NCBI GenBank assembly: GCA_964016885.1
Contig: OZ024744.1
Location: forward strand, 92,814,001 to 92,878,000
Direction of reading: 5' to 3'
DNA: 64,000 bases
DNA from: Eledone cirrhosa
Lineage: Eukaryota
Under the pieces are notes generated by a model. The model was not told the DNA's origin, searched no databases, and worked only from the letters and a program-made list of their open reading frames with translations. Position numbers and translations under genes: made by a program. Shown one piece after another: positions 41,401 through 54,300 of the stretch (its first letter is position 1; every line of letters starts with the position of its first letter).

Positions 41401-42599
41401 TCTTGGTATCAACCTCTTGGTATCAGCCTCATGGTACTAGACTCTTGGTATCAGCCTCTTGGTATCAGCCTCTTGGTCGCAGCCTCTTGGTATCAGCCTC
41501 TTGGTATCAGCCTCTGGGTATCAGTCTATTGGTATCAACCTATTGGTATCAGTCTATTGGTATCAGTCTCTTGGTATCAAATTCTTGGTACAAGTCTCTT
41601 GGCATCAACCTCTTGGTATCAGTCTCTTGATATCAACCTCTTGGTATCAACCTCTTGGTATCAACCTCTTGGTATCAAGCTCTTGGTATCAGCCACTTGG
41701 TATCAGTCTATTGGTATCAACCTCTTGGTATCAGCCTCATGGTACTAGACTCTTCGTATCAGCCTCTTGGTATCAGCCTCTTGGTAGCAGCCTCTTGGTA
41801 TCAGTATATTGGTATCAACCTATTGGTATCAGCCTCTTGGTATCAACCTCTTGGTATCAGCCTCTTGGTATCAGCCCCTTGGTATCAACCTCTTGGTAGC
41901 AGCCTCTTGATATCAACCTCTTGGTATCAACCTCATGGTACTAGCCTCTTGGTACCAGCCTCTTGATATCTACCTCTTGGTATCAGCCTCTTGGTATCAG
42001 TCTCTTGGTATCAGTCTCTTGGTATCAACCATTTGGTATCAACCTCTTGGTATCAGTCACTTGGTATCAGTCTATTGGTATCAGTCTATTGGTATCAGGC
42101 TCTTGGTATAACCCATTTTGTATCAGTCTCTTGATATCAACCTCTTGGTAGCAGTCTCTTGATATCAACCCCTTGGTATCAGGCTATTGGTATCAGTCTA
42201 TTGGTATCAGTCTCTTGTTATCAGTCTCTTGGTATCGACCTCTTGATATCGACCTCTTGGTATCAACCTCTTGGTAGCAGCCTCTTGGTATCAGGTTCTT
42301 GGTATCAGTCTATTGGTATCAGGCTGTTGGTATAACCCATTTGGTATCAGTCTCTTGATATCAACCTCTTGGTAGCAGCTTCTTGGTATCAACCTCTTGG
42401 TATCAGTCTCTTGGTATCAACCTCTTGGTATCAGCCTCTTGGTATCAGTCTATTGGTATCAGTCTCTTGGTATCAGTCTCTTTGTATCAGTCTTTTGGTA
42501 TCAACCTCTTGGTATCAGCCTCTTGGTATCAACGTTTCGGTATCAGTCTCTTGGTATCAACCTCTTTGTATCAGCCTCTTCGTATCTACCTCTTCGTAT

Positions 42600-44290
42600 C
42601 AGCCTCTTGGTAGCAGCCTCTTGGTATCAACCTCTTGGTATCAGTCTCTTGGTATCATCCACTTGGTATCAACCTCTTGGTATCAGTCTCTTGGTATCAG
42701 TCTCTTGGTATCAGTCTCTTGATATCAACCTCTTGGTATCAACCTCTTGGTAACAACCTCTTGGTATCAAGCTCTTGGTATCCGCCACTTGGTATCAGTC
42801 TATTGGTATCAACCTATTGGTATCAGCCTCTTGGTATCAACCTCTTGGTATCAGCCTCATGGTACTAGACTCTTGGTATCAGCCTTTTGGTATCAGCCTC
42901 TTGGTCGCAGCCTCTTTGTATCAGCCTCTTGGTATCAGCCTCTGGGTATCAGTCTATTGGTATCAACCTATTGGTATCAGCCTCTTGGTATCAACCTCTT
43001 GGTATAGGTCTATTGGTATCAGACTCTTGGTATCAAATTCTTGGTATAAGTCTCTTGGCATCAACCTCTTGGTATCAGTCTCTTGATATCAACCTCTTGG
43101 TATCAATCTCTTGGTATCAACCTCTTGGTATCAAGCTCTTGGTATCAGCCACTTGGTATCAGTCTATTGGTATCAACCTATTGGTATCAGCCTCTTGGTA
43201 TAAACCTCTTGGTATCAGCCTCATGGTACTAGACTCTTGGTATCAGCCTCTTGGTATCAGTCTCTTGGTATCAGTCTCTTGGTATCAACCTCTTGGTATC
43301 AGTCTCTTGGTATCAGTCTCTTGGTATCAACCTCTTGGTATCAGTCTCTTGGTATCAGTCTCTTGGTATCAGTCTCTTGGTATCAGCCTCTTGGTATCAG
43401 TCTATTGGTATCAGTCTCTTGGTATCAGTCTCTTTGTATCAGTCTCTTGGTATCAACCTCTTGGTATCAGCCTCTTGGTATCAATGTTTTGGTATCAGTC
43501 TCTTTGTATCAACCTCTTTGTATCAGCCTCTTCGTATCTACCTCTTGGTCGCAGCCTCTTTGTATCAGCCTCTTGATATCAACCTCTTGGTAGCAGCTTC
43601 TTGGTATCAGCCTCTTGGTAGCAGCCTCTTGGTATCAACCTCTTGGTATCAGTCTCTTGGTATCATCCACTAGGTATCAACCTCTTGGTATCAGTCTCTT
43701 GGTATCAGTCTCTTGGTATCAGTATCTTGATATCAACCTCTTGGTATCAACCTCTTGGTATCAACCTCCTGGTATCAAGCTCTTGGTATCCGCCACTTGG
43801 TATCAGTCTATTGGTATCAACCTATTGGTATCAGCCTCTTGGTATCAACCTCTTGGTATCAACCTCATGGTACTAGACTCTTGGTATCAGCCTTTTGGTA
43901 TCAGCCTCTTGGTCGCAGCCTCTTTGTATCAGCCTCTTGGTATCAGCCTCTGGGTATCAGTCTATTGGTATCAACCTATTGGTATCAGCCTCTTGGTATC
44001 AACCTCTTGGTATAAGTCTATTGGTATCAGTCTCTTGGTATCAAATTCTTGGTATAAGTCTCTTGGCATCAACCTCTTGGTATCAGTCTCTTGAAATCAA
44101 CCTCTTGGTATCAATCTCTTGGTATCAACCTCTTGGTATTAAGCTCTTGGTATCAGCCACTTGGTATCAGTCTATTGGTATCAACCTATTGGTATCAGCC
44201 TCTTGGTATAAACCTCTTGGTATCAGCCTCATGGTACTAGACTCTTGGTATCAGCCTCTTGGTATCAGTCTCTTGGTATCAGTCTCTTGG
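42600..44290. repeat. Duplication with offset ~1008 bp (72 monomers)
   Basis: The 86-aa translations at 42747 and 43755 are near-identical. Shared markers: tcatccac, agccttttgg, caaattc, tataaacc. Confidence 0.8.
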
Positions 44291-47200
44291 TATCAACCTC
44301 TTGGTATCAGTCTCTTGGTATCAGTCTCTTGGTATCAGTCTATTGGTATCAGTCTCTTAGTATCAGTCTCTTGGTATCAACCTCTTGGTATCAACCTCTT
44401 GGTATCAGTCTGTTGGTATCAGTCTCTTGGTATCAGTCTCTTGGTGTCAGTCTCTTGGTATCAGTCTATTGGTATCAACCTCTTGGTATCAGCCTCTTGG
44501 TATCAGTCTCTTGGTATCAGTCTCTTGATATCAACCTCTTGGTATCAGTCTCTTGGTATCGACCTCTTGGTATCAACCTCTTGGTATCAACCTCTTGGTA
44601 TCAACCTCTTGGTATCAGCCTCTTGGTATCAACCTCTTGGTATTAACCTCTTGGTATCAGTCTCTTGGTATCAGTTCCTTGGTATCAGCCTCTTGGTATC
44701 AGCCTCTTGATATCAACCTGTTGGTATCAACCTCATGGTACTAGCCTCTTGGTACCAGCCTCTTGATATCTACCTCTTGGTATCAGCCTCTTGGTATCAG
44801 TCTCTTGGTATCAGTCTCTTGGTATCAACCATTTGGTATCAACCTCTTGGTATCAGTCACTTGGTATCAGTCTATTGGTATCAGTCTATTGGTATCAGTC
44901 TCTTGGTATAACCCATTTGGTATCAGTCTCTTGATATCAACCCCTTGGTAGCAGCCTCTTGGTATCAACCTCTTGGTATCAGTCTCTTGATATCAACCCC
45001 TTGGTATCAGTCTATTGGTATCAGTCTATTGGTATCAGTCTCTTGTTATCAGTCTCTTGGTATCGACCTCTTGATATCGACCTCTTGGTATCAACCTCTT
45101 GGTAGCAGCCTCTTGGTATCAGGTTCTTGTTATCAGTCTATTGGTATCAGGCTGTTGGTATAACCCATTTGGTATCAGTCTCTTGATATCAACCTCTTGG
45201 TAGCAGCTTCTTGGTATCAACCTCTTGGTATCAGTCTCTTGGTATCAACCTCTTGGTATCAGCCTCTTGGTATCAGTCTCTTGGTATCAGTCTCTTGGTA
45301 TCAACCTCTTGGTATCAGTCTCTTGGTATCAACATCTTGGTATCAGCCTCTTGGTATCTACCTCCTGGTATCAACCTCTTGGTAGCAGCCTCTTGGTGTC
45401 AGTCTCTTGGTATCAACCTCTTGGTATCAGTCTCTTGGTATCAGTCTCTAGGTATCTGTCTCTTGGTATCAGTCTCTTGGTATCAGTCTCTTGGTATCAA
45501 CCTCTTGGTATGAGTCTCTTGGTATCAGTCTCTTGGTGTCAGTCTCTTGGTATCGACCTCTTGGTATCAGCCTCTTTGTATCAACCTCTTGGTATCAGTC
45601 TCTTGGTATCAGCCTCTTGGTATCAGTCTATTGGTATCACTCTCTTGGTATCAATCTCTTGGTATCAGTCTCTTGGTATCAGTCTCTTGGTATCAGTCTC
45701 TTGGTATCAGTCTCTTGGTATCAGCCTCTTGGTATCAGTCTCTTGATATCAGTCTCTTAGTATCAGTCTCTTGGTATCAGTCTTTTGGTATCAACCTCTG
45801 GGTATCAGTCTCTTGGTATCAGTCTCTTGGTATCAGTCTCTTGGTATCAGTCTCTTGGTATCAGTCTCTTGGTATCAGTCTCTTGGTATCAGCCTCTTGA
45901 TATCAGTCTCTTGGTATCAGTCCTTTGGTATCAGTCTCTTGGTATCAGTCTCTTGGTATCAACATCTTGGTATCAACCTCTTGGTATCAGTCTCTTGGTA
46001 TCAGTCTCTTGGTATCAGTCTCTTGGTATCAGCCTCTTGGTATCAACCTCTTGGTATCAGTCTCTTGGTATCGACATCTTGGTATCAACCTCTTGGTATC
46101 AGTCTCTTGGTATCTGTCTCTTGGTATCAGTCTCTTGCTATCAGTCTCTTGGTATCAACCATTTGGTATCAGCTACATGATACCAACCTCTTGGTATCAG
46201 CTTCTCGGTATCAACATCTTGGTATCAGCCTCTTGGTATCAGCCACATGGTATCAACCTCTTGGTATCAGTCCATTGGTATCAGTCTCTTGGTATCAACC
46301 TCTTGGTATAAGTCTCTTGGCATCAACCTCTTGGTATCAGTCTCTTGATATCAACCTCTTGGTATCAACCTCTTGGTATCAACCTCTTGGTATCAAGCTC
46401 TTGGTATCCGCCACTTGGTATCAGTCTATTGGTATCAACCTATTGGTATCAGCCTCTTGGTATCAAACTCTTGGTATCAGCCTCATGGTACTAGACTCTT
46501 GGTATCAGCCTCTTGGTATCAGCCTCTTGGTCGCAGCCTCTTGGTATCAGCCTCTTGGTATCAGCCTCTGGGTATCAGTCTATTGGTATCAACCTATTGG
46601 TATCAGCCTCTTGGTATCAACCTCTTGGTATCAGTCTATTGGTATCAGTCTCTTGGTCTCAAATTCTTGGTATAAGTCTCTTGGCATCAACCTGTTGGTA
46701 TCAGTCTCTTGATATCAACCTCTTGGTATCAACCTCTTGGTATCAACCTCTTGGTATCAAGCTCTTGGTATCAGCCACTTGGTATCAGTCTATTGGTATC
46801 AACCTATTGGTATCAGCCTCTTGGTATCAACCTCTTGGTATCAGCCTCATGGTACTAGACTCTTGGTATCAGCCTCTTGGTATGAGCCTCTTGGTCGCAG
46901 CCTCTTTGTATCAGCCTCTTGGTATTAGCCTCTGGGTATCAGTCTATTGGTATCAACCTCTTGGTATCAGCCTCTTGGTATCAACCTCTTGGTATCAGCC
47001 TCTTGGTATCAGCCTCTTGGTAGCAGCCTCTTGGTATCAGGTTCTTGTTATCAGTCTATTGGTATCAGGCTGTTGGTATAACCCATTTGGTATCAGTCTC
47101 TTGATATCAACCTCTTGGTAGCAGCTTCTTGGTATCAACCTCTTGGTATCAGTCTCTTGGTATCAACCTCTTGGTATCAGCCTCTTGGTATCAGTCTCTT

Positions 47201-50200
47201 GGTATCAGTCTCTTGGTATCAACCTCTTGGTATCAGTCTCTTGGTATCAACATCTTGGTATCAGCCTCTTGGTATCTACCTCTTGGTATCAACCTCTTGG
47301 TAGCAGCCTCTTGGTGTCAGTCTCTTGGTATCAACCTCTTGGTATCAGTCTCTTGGTATCAGTCTCTAGGTATCAGTCTCTTGGTATCAGTCTCTTGGTA
47401 TCAGTCTCTTGGTATCAACCTCTTGGTATGAGTTTCTTGGTATGAGTCTCTTGGTATCAGTCTCTTGGTATCAGTCTCTTGGTATCAGTCTCGTGGTGTC
47501 AGTCTCTTGGTATCGACCTCTTGGTATCAGCCTCTTTGTATCAACCTCTTGGTATCAACCTCTTGGTATCAAGCTCTTGGTATCCGCCACTTGGTATCAG
47601 TCTATTGGTATCAACCTATTGGTATCAGCCTCTTGGTATCAACCTCTTGGTATCAGCCTCATGGTACTAGACTCTTGGTATCAGCCTTTTGGTATCAGCC
47701 TCTTGGTCGCAGCCTCTTTGTATCAGCCTCTTGGTATCAGCCTCTGGGTATCAGTCTATTGGTATCAACCTATTGGTATCAGCCTCTTGGTATCAACCTC
47801 TTGGTATAAGTCTATTGGTATCAGTCTCTTGGTATCAAATTCTTGGTATAAGTCTCTTGGCATCAACCTCTTGGTATCAGTCTCTTGAAATCAACCTCTT
47901 GGTATCAATCTCTTGGTATCAACCTCTTGGTATTAAGCTCTTGGTATCAGCCACTTGGTATCAGTCTATTGGTATCAACCTATTGGTATCAGCCTCTTGG
48001 TATAAACCTCTTGGTATCAGCCTCATGGTACTAGACTCTTGGTATCAGCCTCTTGGTATCAGTCTCTTGGTATCAGTCTCTTGGTATCAACCTCTTGGTA
48101 TCAGTCTCTTGGTATCAGTCTCTTGGTATCAGTCTATTGGTATCAGTCTCTTAGTATCAGTCTCTTGGTATCAACCTCTTGGTATCAACCTCTTGGTATC
48201 AGTCTCTTGGTATCAGTCTCTTGGTATCAGTCTCTTGGTGTCAGTCTCTTGGTATCGACCTCTTGGTATCAGCATCTTGGTATCAACCTCTTGGTATCAG
48301 TCTCTTGGTATCAGCCTCTTGGTATCAGTCTATTGGTATCAATCTCTTGGTATCAGTCTATTGGTATCAACCTCTTCGTATCAGCCTCTTGGTATCAGTC
48401 TCTTGGTATCAATCTCTTGGTATCAGCCTCTTGGTATCAACCTCTTGGTATCAGTCTCTTGATATCAACCTCTTGGTATCAGTCTCTTGGTATCAACCTC
48501 TTGGTATCAGCCTCTTGATATCAACCTGTTGGTATCAACCTCATGGTACTAGCCTCTTGGTACCAGCCTCTTGATATCTACCTCTTGGTATCAGCCTCTT
48601 GGTATCAGTCTCTTGGTATCAGTCTCTTGGTATCAACCATTTGGTATCAACCTCTTGGTATCAGTCACTTGGTATCAGTCTATTGGTATCAGTCTATTGG
48701 TATCAGGCTCTTGGTATAACCCATTTGGTATCAGTCTCTTGATATCAACCCCTTGGTAGCAGCCTCTTGGTATCAACCTCTTGGTATCAGTCTCTTGATA
48801 TCAACCCCTTGGTATCAGTCTATTGGTATCAGTCTATTGGTATCAGTCTCTTGTTATCAGTCTCTTGGTATCGACCTCTTGATATCGACCTCTTGGTATC
48901 AACCTCTTGGTAGCAGCCTCTTGGTATCAGGTTCTTGTTATCAGTCTATTGGTATCAGGCTGTTGGTATAACCCATTTGGTATCAGTCTCTTGATATCAA
49001 CCTCTTGGTAGCAGCTTCTTGGTATCAACCTCTTGGTATCAGTCTCTTGGTATCAACCTCTTGGTATCAGCCTCTTGGTATCAGTCTCTTGGTATCAGTC
49101 TCTTGGTATCAACCTCTTGGTATCAGTCTCTTGGTATCAACATCTTGGTATCAGCCTCTTGGTATCTACCTCTTGGTATCAACCTCTTGGTAGCAGCCTC
49201 TTGGTGTCAGTCTCTTGGTATCAACCTCTTGGTATCAGTCTCTTGGTATCAGTCTCTAGGTATCTGTCTCTTGGTATCAGTCTCTTGGTATCAGTCTCTT
49301 GGTATCAACCTCTTGGTATGAGTCTCTTGGTATGAGTCTCTTGGTATCAGTCTCTTGGTATCAGTCTCGTGGTGTCAGTCTCTTGGTATCGACCTCTTGG
49401 TATCAGCCTCTTTGTATCAACCTCTTGGTTTCAGTCTCTTGGTATCAGCCTCTTGGTATCAGTCTATTGGTATCACTCTCTTGGTATCAATCTCTTGGTA
49501 TCAGTCTCTTGGTATCAGTCTCTTGGTATCAGTCTCTTGGTATCAGTCTCTTGGTATCAGCCTCTTGGTATCAGTCTCTTGATATCAGTCTCTTGGTATC
49601 AGTCTCTTGGTATCAGTCTTTTGGTATCAACCTCTGGGTATCAGTCTCTTGGTATCAGTCTCTTGGTATCAGTCTCTTGGTATCAGTCTCTTGGTATCAG
49701 TCTCTTGGTATCAGTCTCTTGGTATCAGCCTCTTGATATCAGTCTCTTGGTATCAGTCCTTTGGTATCAGTCTCTTGGTATCAGTCTCTTGGTATCAACA
49801 TCTTGGTATCAACCTCTTGGTATCAGTCTCTTGGTATCAGTCTCTTGGTATCAGTCTCTTGGTATCAGCCTCTTGGTATCAACCTCTTGGTATCAGTCTC
49901 TTGGTATCGACATCTTGGTATCAACCTCTTGGTATCAGTCTCTCGGTATCTGTCTCTTGGTATCAGTCTCTTGCTATCAGTCTCTTGGTATCAACCATTT
50001 GGTATCAGCTACATGGTACCAACCTCTTGGTATCAGCTTCTCGGTATCAACATCTTGGTATCAGCCTCTTGGTATCAGCCACATGGTATCAACCTCTTGG
50101 TATCAGTCCATTGGTATCAGTCTCTTGGTATCAACCTCTTGGGATAAGTCTCTTGGCATCAACCTCTTGGTATCAGTCTCTTGATATCAACCTCTTGGTA

Positions 50201-51330
50201 TCAACCTCTTGGTATCAACCTCTTGGTATCAAGCTCTTGGTATCCGCCACTTGGTATCAGTCTATTGGTATCAACCTATTGGTATCAGCCTCTTGGTATC
50301 AACCTCTTGGTATCAGCCTCATGGTACTAGACTCTTGGTATCAGCCTCTTGGTATCAGCCTCTTGGTCGCAGCCTCTTGGTATCAGCCTCTTGGTATCAG
50401 CCTCTGGGTATCAGTCTATTGGTATCAACCTATTGGTATCAGCCTCTTGGTATCAACCTCTTGGTATCAGTCTATTGGTATCAGTCTCTTGGTCTCAAAT
50501 TCTTGGTATAAGTCTCTTGGCATCAACCTGTTGGTATCAGTCTCTTGATATCAACCTCTTGGTATCAACCTCTTGGTATCAAGCTCTTGGTATCAGCCAC
50601 TTGGTATCAGTCTATTGGTATCAACCTATTGGTATCAGCCTCTTGGTATCAACCTCTTGGTATCAGCCTCATGGTACTAGACTCTTGGTATCAGCCTCTT
50701 GGTATGAGCCTCTTGGTCGCAGCCTCTTTGTATCAGCCTCTTGGTATTAGCCTCTGGGTATCAGTCTATTGGTATCAACCTCTTGGTATCAGCCTCTTGG
50801 TATCAATCTCTTGGTATCAGCCTCTTGGTATCAGCCTCTTGGTAGCAGCCTCTTGGTATCAGGTTCTTGTTATCAGTCTATTGGTATCAGGCTGTTGGTA
50901 TAACCCATTTGGTATCAGTCTCTTGATATCAACCTCTTGGTAGCAGCTTCTTGGTATCAACCTCTTGGTATCAGTCTCTTGGTATCAACCTCTTGGTATC
51001 AGCCTCTTGGTATTAGTCTCTTGGTATCAGTCTATTGGTATCAACCTCTTGGTATCAGTCTCTTGGTATCAACATCTTGGTATCAGCCTCTTGGTATCTA
51101 CCCCTTGGTATCACCCTCTTGGTATCAACCTCTTGGTATCAGTCTCTTGGTATCAGTCTCTAGGTATCAGTCTCTTGGTATCAGTCTCTTGGTATCAGTC
51201 TCTTGGTATCAACCTCTTGGTATGAGTTTCTTGGTATGAGTCTCTTGGTATCAGTCTCTTGGTATCAGTCTCTTGGTGTCAGTCTCTTGGTATCGACCTC
51301 TTGGTATCAGCCTCTTTGTATCAACCTCTT
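43770..51330. repeat. ~3.8-kb higher-order duplication with a ~1.9-kb internal sub-period
   Basis: Offsets are 3794 (43895/47689), 3808 (44763/48571) and 3836 (45771/49607, 46373/50209), all multiples of 14. The private markers ttgaaatc, tattaagc, ggtctcaaat and ggcatcaacctgtt occur in both copies. The cassette at 45197/47115/49005/50937 recurs at 1918, 1890 and 1932 bp. Confidence 0.88.
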
Positions 51331-54300
51331 GGTATCAGTCTCTTGGTATCAGCCTCTTGGTATCAGTCTATTGGTAACACTCTCTTGGTATCAGTCTCTT
51401 GGTATCAGTCTCTTGGTATCAGTCTCTTGGTATCAGTCTCTTGGTATCAGTCTCTTGGTATCAGCCTCTTGGTATCAGTCTCTTGGTATCAGTCTCTTGG
51501 TATCAGTCTCTTGGTATCAGTCTTTTGGTATCAACCTCTGGGTATCAGTCTCTTGGTATCAGTCTCTTGGTATCAGTCTCTTGGTATCAGTCTCTTGGTA
51601 TCAGTCTCTTGCTATCAGTCTCTTGGTATCAGCCTCTTGATATCAGTCTCTTGGTATCAGTCCTTTGATATCAGTCTCTTGGTATCGGTCTCTTGGTATC
51701 AACATCTTGGTATCAGTCTCTTGGTATCAGTCTCTTGGTATCAGTCTCTTGGTATCAGTCTCTTGGTATCAGCCTCTTGGTATCAACCTCTTGGTATCAG
51801 TCTCTTTGTATCGACATCTTGGTATCAACCTCTTGGTATCAGTCTCTTGGTATCTGTCTCTTGGTATCAGTCTCTTGGTATCAGTCTCTTGGTATCAACC
51901 ATTTGGTATCAGCTACATGGTACCAACCTCTTGGTATCAGCTTCTCGGTATCAACATCTTGGTATCAGCCTCTTGGTATCAGCCACATGGTATCAACCTC
52001 TTGGTATCAGTCTATTGGTATCAGTCTCTTGGTATCAACCTCTTGGTATAAGTCTCTTGGCATCAACCTCTTGGTATCAGCCTCTTGGTTGCAGCCTCTT
52101 GGTATCAGCCTCTTTGTATCAGCCTCTGGGTATCAGTCTATTGGTATCAACCTATTGGTATCAGCCTCTTGGTATCAACCTCTTGGTATCAGTCTATTGG
52201 TATCTGTCTCTTGGTATCAAATTCTTGGTATAAGTCTCTTGGCATCAACCTCTTGGTATCAGTCTCTTGATATCAACCTCTTGGTATCAACCTCTTGGTA
52301 TCAACCTCTTGGTATCAAGCTCTTGGTATCAGCCACTTGGTATCAGTCTATTGGTATCAAGCTATTGGTATCAGCCTCTTGGTATCAACCTCTTGGTATC
52401 AGCCTCATGGTACAAGACTCTTGGTATCAGCCTCTTGGTATGAGCCTCTTGGTCGCAGCCTCTTTGTATCAGCCTCTTGGTATTAGCCTCTGGGTATCAG
52501 TCTATTGGTATCAACCTCTTGGTATCAGCCTCTTGGTATCAACCTCTTGGTATCAGCCTCTTGGTATCAGCTTCTTGGTATCAGTATTTTGGTATCAACC
52601 TATTGGTATCAGCCTCTTGGTATCAACCTCTTGGTATCAGCCTCTTGGTATCAGCCTCTTGGTATCAACCTCTTGGTAGCAGCCTCTTGGTATCAGTCTA
52701 TTGGTATCAATCTCTTGGTATCAGTCTATTGGTATCAACCTCTTGGTATCAGCCTCTTGGTATCAGTCTCTTGGTATCAATTTCTTGGTATCAGCCTCTT
52801 GGTATCAGTCTCTTGTTATCAGTCTCTTGATATCAACCTCTTGGTATCAGTCTCTTGGTATCGACCTCTTGGTATCAACCTCTTGGTATCAACCTCTTGG
52901 TATCAACCTCTTGGTATCAGCCTCTTGGTATCAACCTCTTGGTATCAACCTCTTGGTATCAGTCTCTTGGTATCAGTCTCTTGGTATCAACCTCTTGGTA
53001 TCAGCCTCTTGATATCAACCTTTTGGTATCAACCTCATGGTACTAGCCTCTTGGTACCAGCCTCTTGATATCTACCTCTTGGTATCAACATCTTGGTATC
53101 AACCTCTTGGTATCAGTCTCTTGGTATCAACCTCTTGGTATCAGTCTCTTGGTATCAGTCTCTTGGTATCAGTCTCTTGGTATCAGTCTCTTGGTATCAG
53201 TCTCTTGGTATCAGCCTCTTGGTATCAACCTCTTGGTATCAGTCTCTTGGTATCGACCTCTTGGTATCAACCTCTTGGTATCAGTCTCTTGGTATCAGTC
53301 TCTTGGTATCTGTCTCTTGGTATCAGTCTCTTGGTATCAACCATTTGGTATCAGCTACACGGTACCAACCTCTTGGTATCAGCTTCTCGGTATCAACATC
53401 TTGGTATCAGCCTCTTGGTATCAGCCACATGGTATCAACCTCTTGGTATCAGTCTATTGGTATCAGTCTCTTGGTATCAACCTCTTGGTATAAGTCTCTT
53501 GGCATCAACCTCTTGGTATCAGTCTCTTGATATCAACCTCTTGGTATCAACCTCTTGGTATCAACCTCTTGGTATCAAGCTCTTGGTATCCGCCACTTGG
53601 TATCAGTCTATTGGTATCAACCTCTTGGTATCAGCCTCCTGTTATTAGACTCTTGGTATCAGCCTCTTGGTATCAGCCTCTGGGTTGCAACCTCTTGGTA
53701 TCAGCCTCTTGGTATCAGCCTCTGGGTATCAGTCTATTGGTATCAACCTATTGGTATCAGCCTCTTGGTATCAACCTCTTGGTATCAGTCTACTGGTATC
53801 AGTCTCTTGGTATCAAATTCTTGGTATAAGTCTCTTGGCATCAAACTCTTGGTATCAGTCTCTTGATATCAACCTCTTGGTATCAACCTCTTGGTATCAA
53901 CCTCTTGGAATCAAGCTCTTGGTATCAGCCACTTGGTATCAGTCTATTGGTATCAACCTATTGGTATCAGCCTCTTGGTATCAACCTCTTGGTATCAAGC
54001 TCTTGGGATCAGCCACTTGGTGTCAGTCTCTTGGTATCAGTCTCTTGGTATCAAGCTCTTGGTATCAGACTTTTGGTATCAAGCTCTTGGTATCAGACTT
54101 TTGGTATCAGCCACTTGGTATCAACCTCTTGGTATCAACCTCTTGGTATCAGTCTCTTGGTATCAGTCTCTTGGTATCAACCTCTTGGTATCAGTCTCTT
54201 GGTATCAACATCTTGGTATCAGCCTCTAGGTGTCAGTCTCTTGGGATCAACCTCTTGGTATCAGTCTCTTGGTATCAGTCTCTAGATATCAGTCTCTTGG

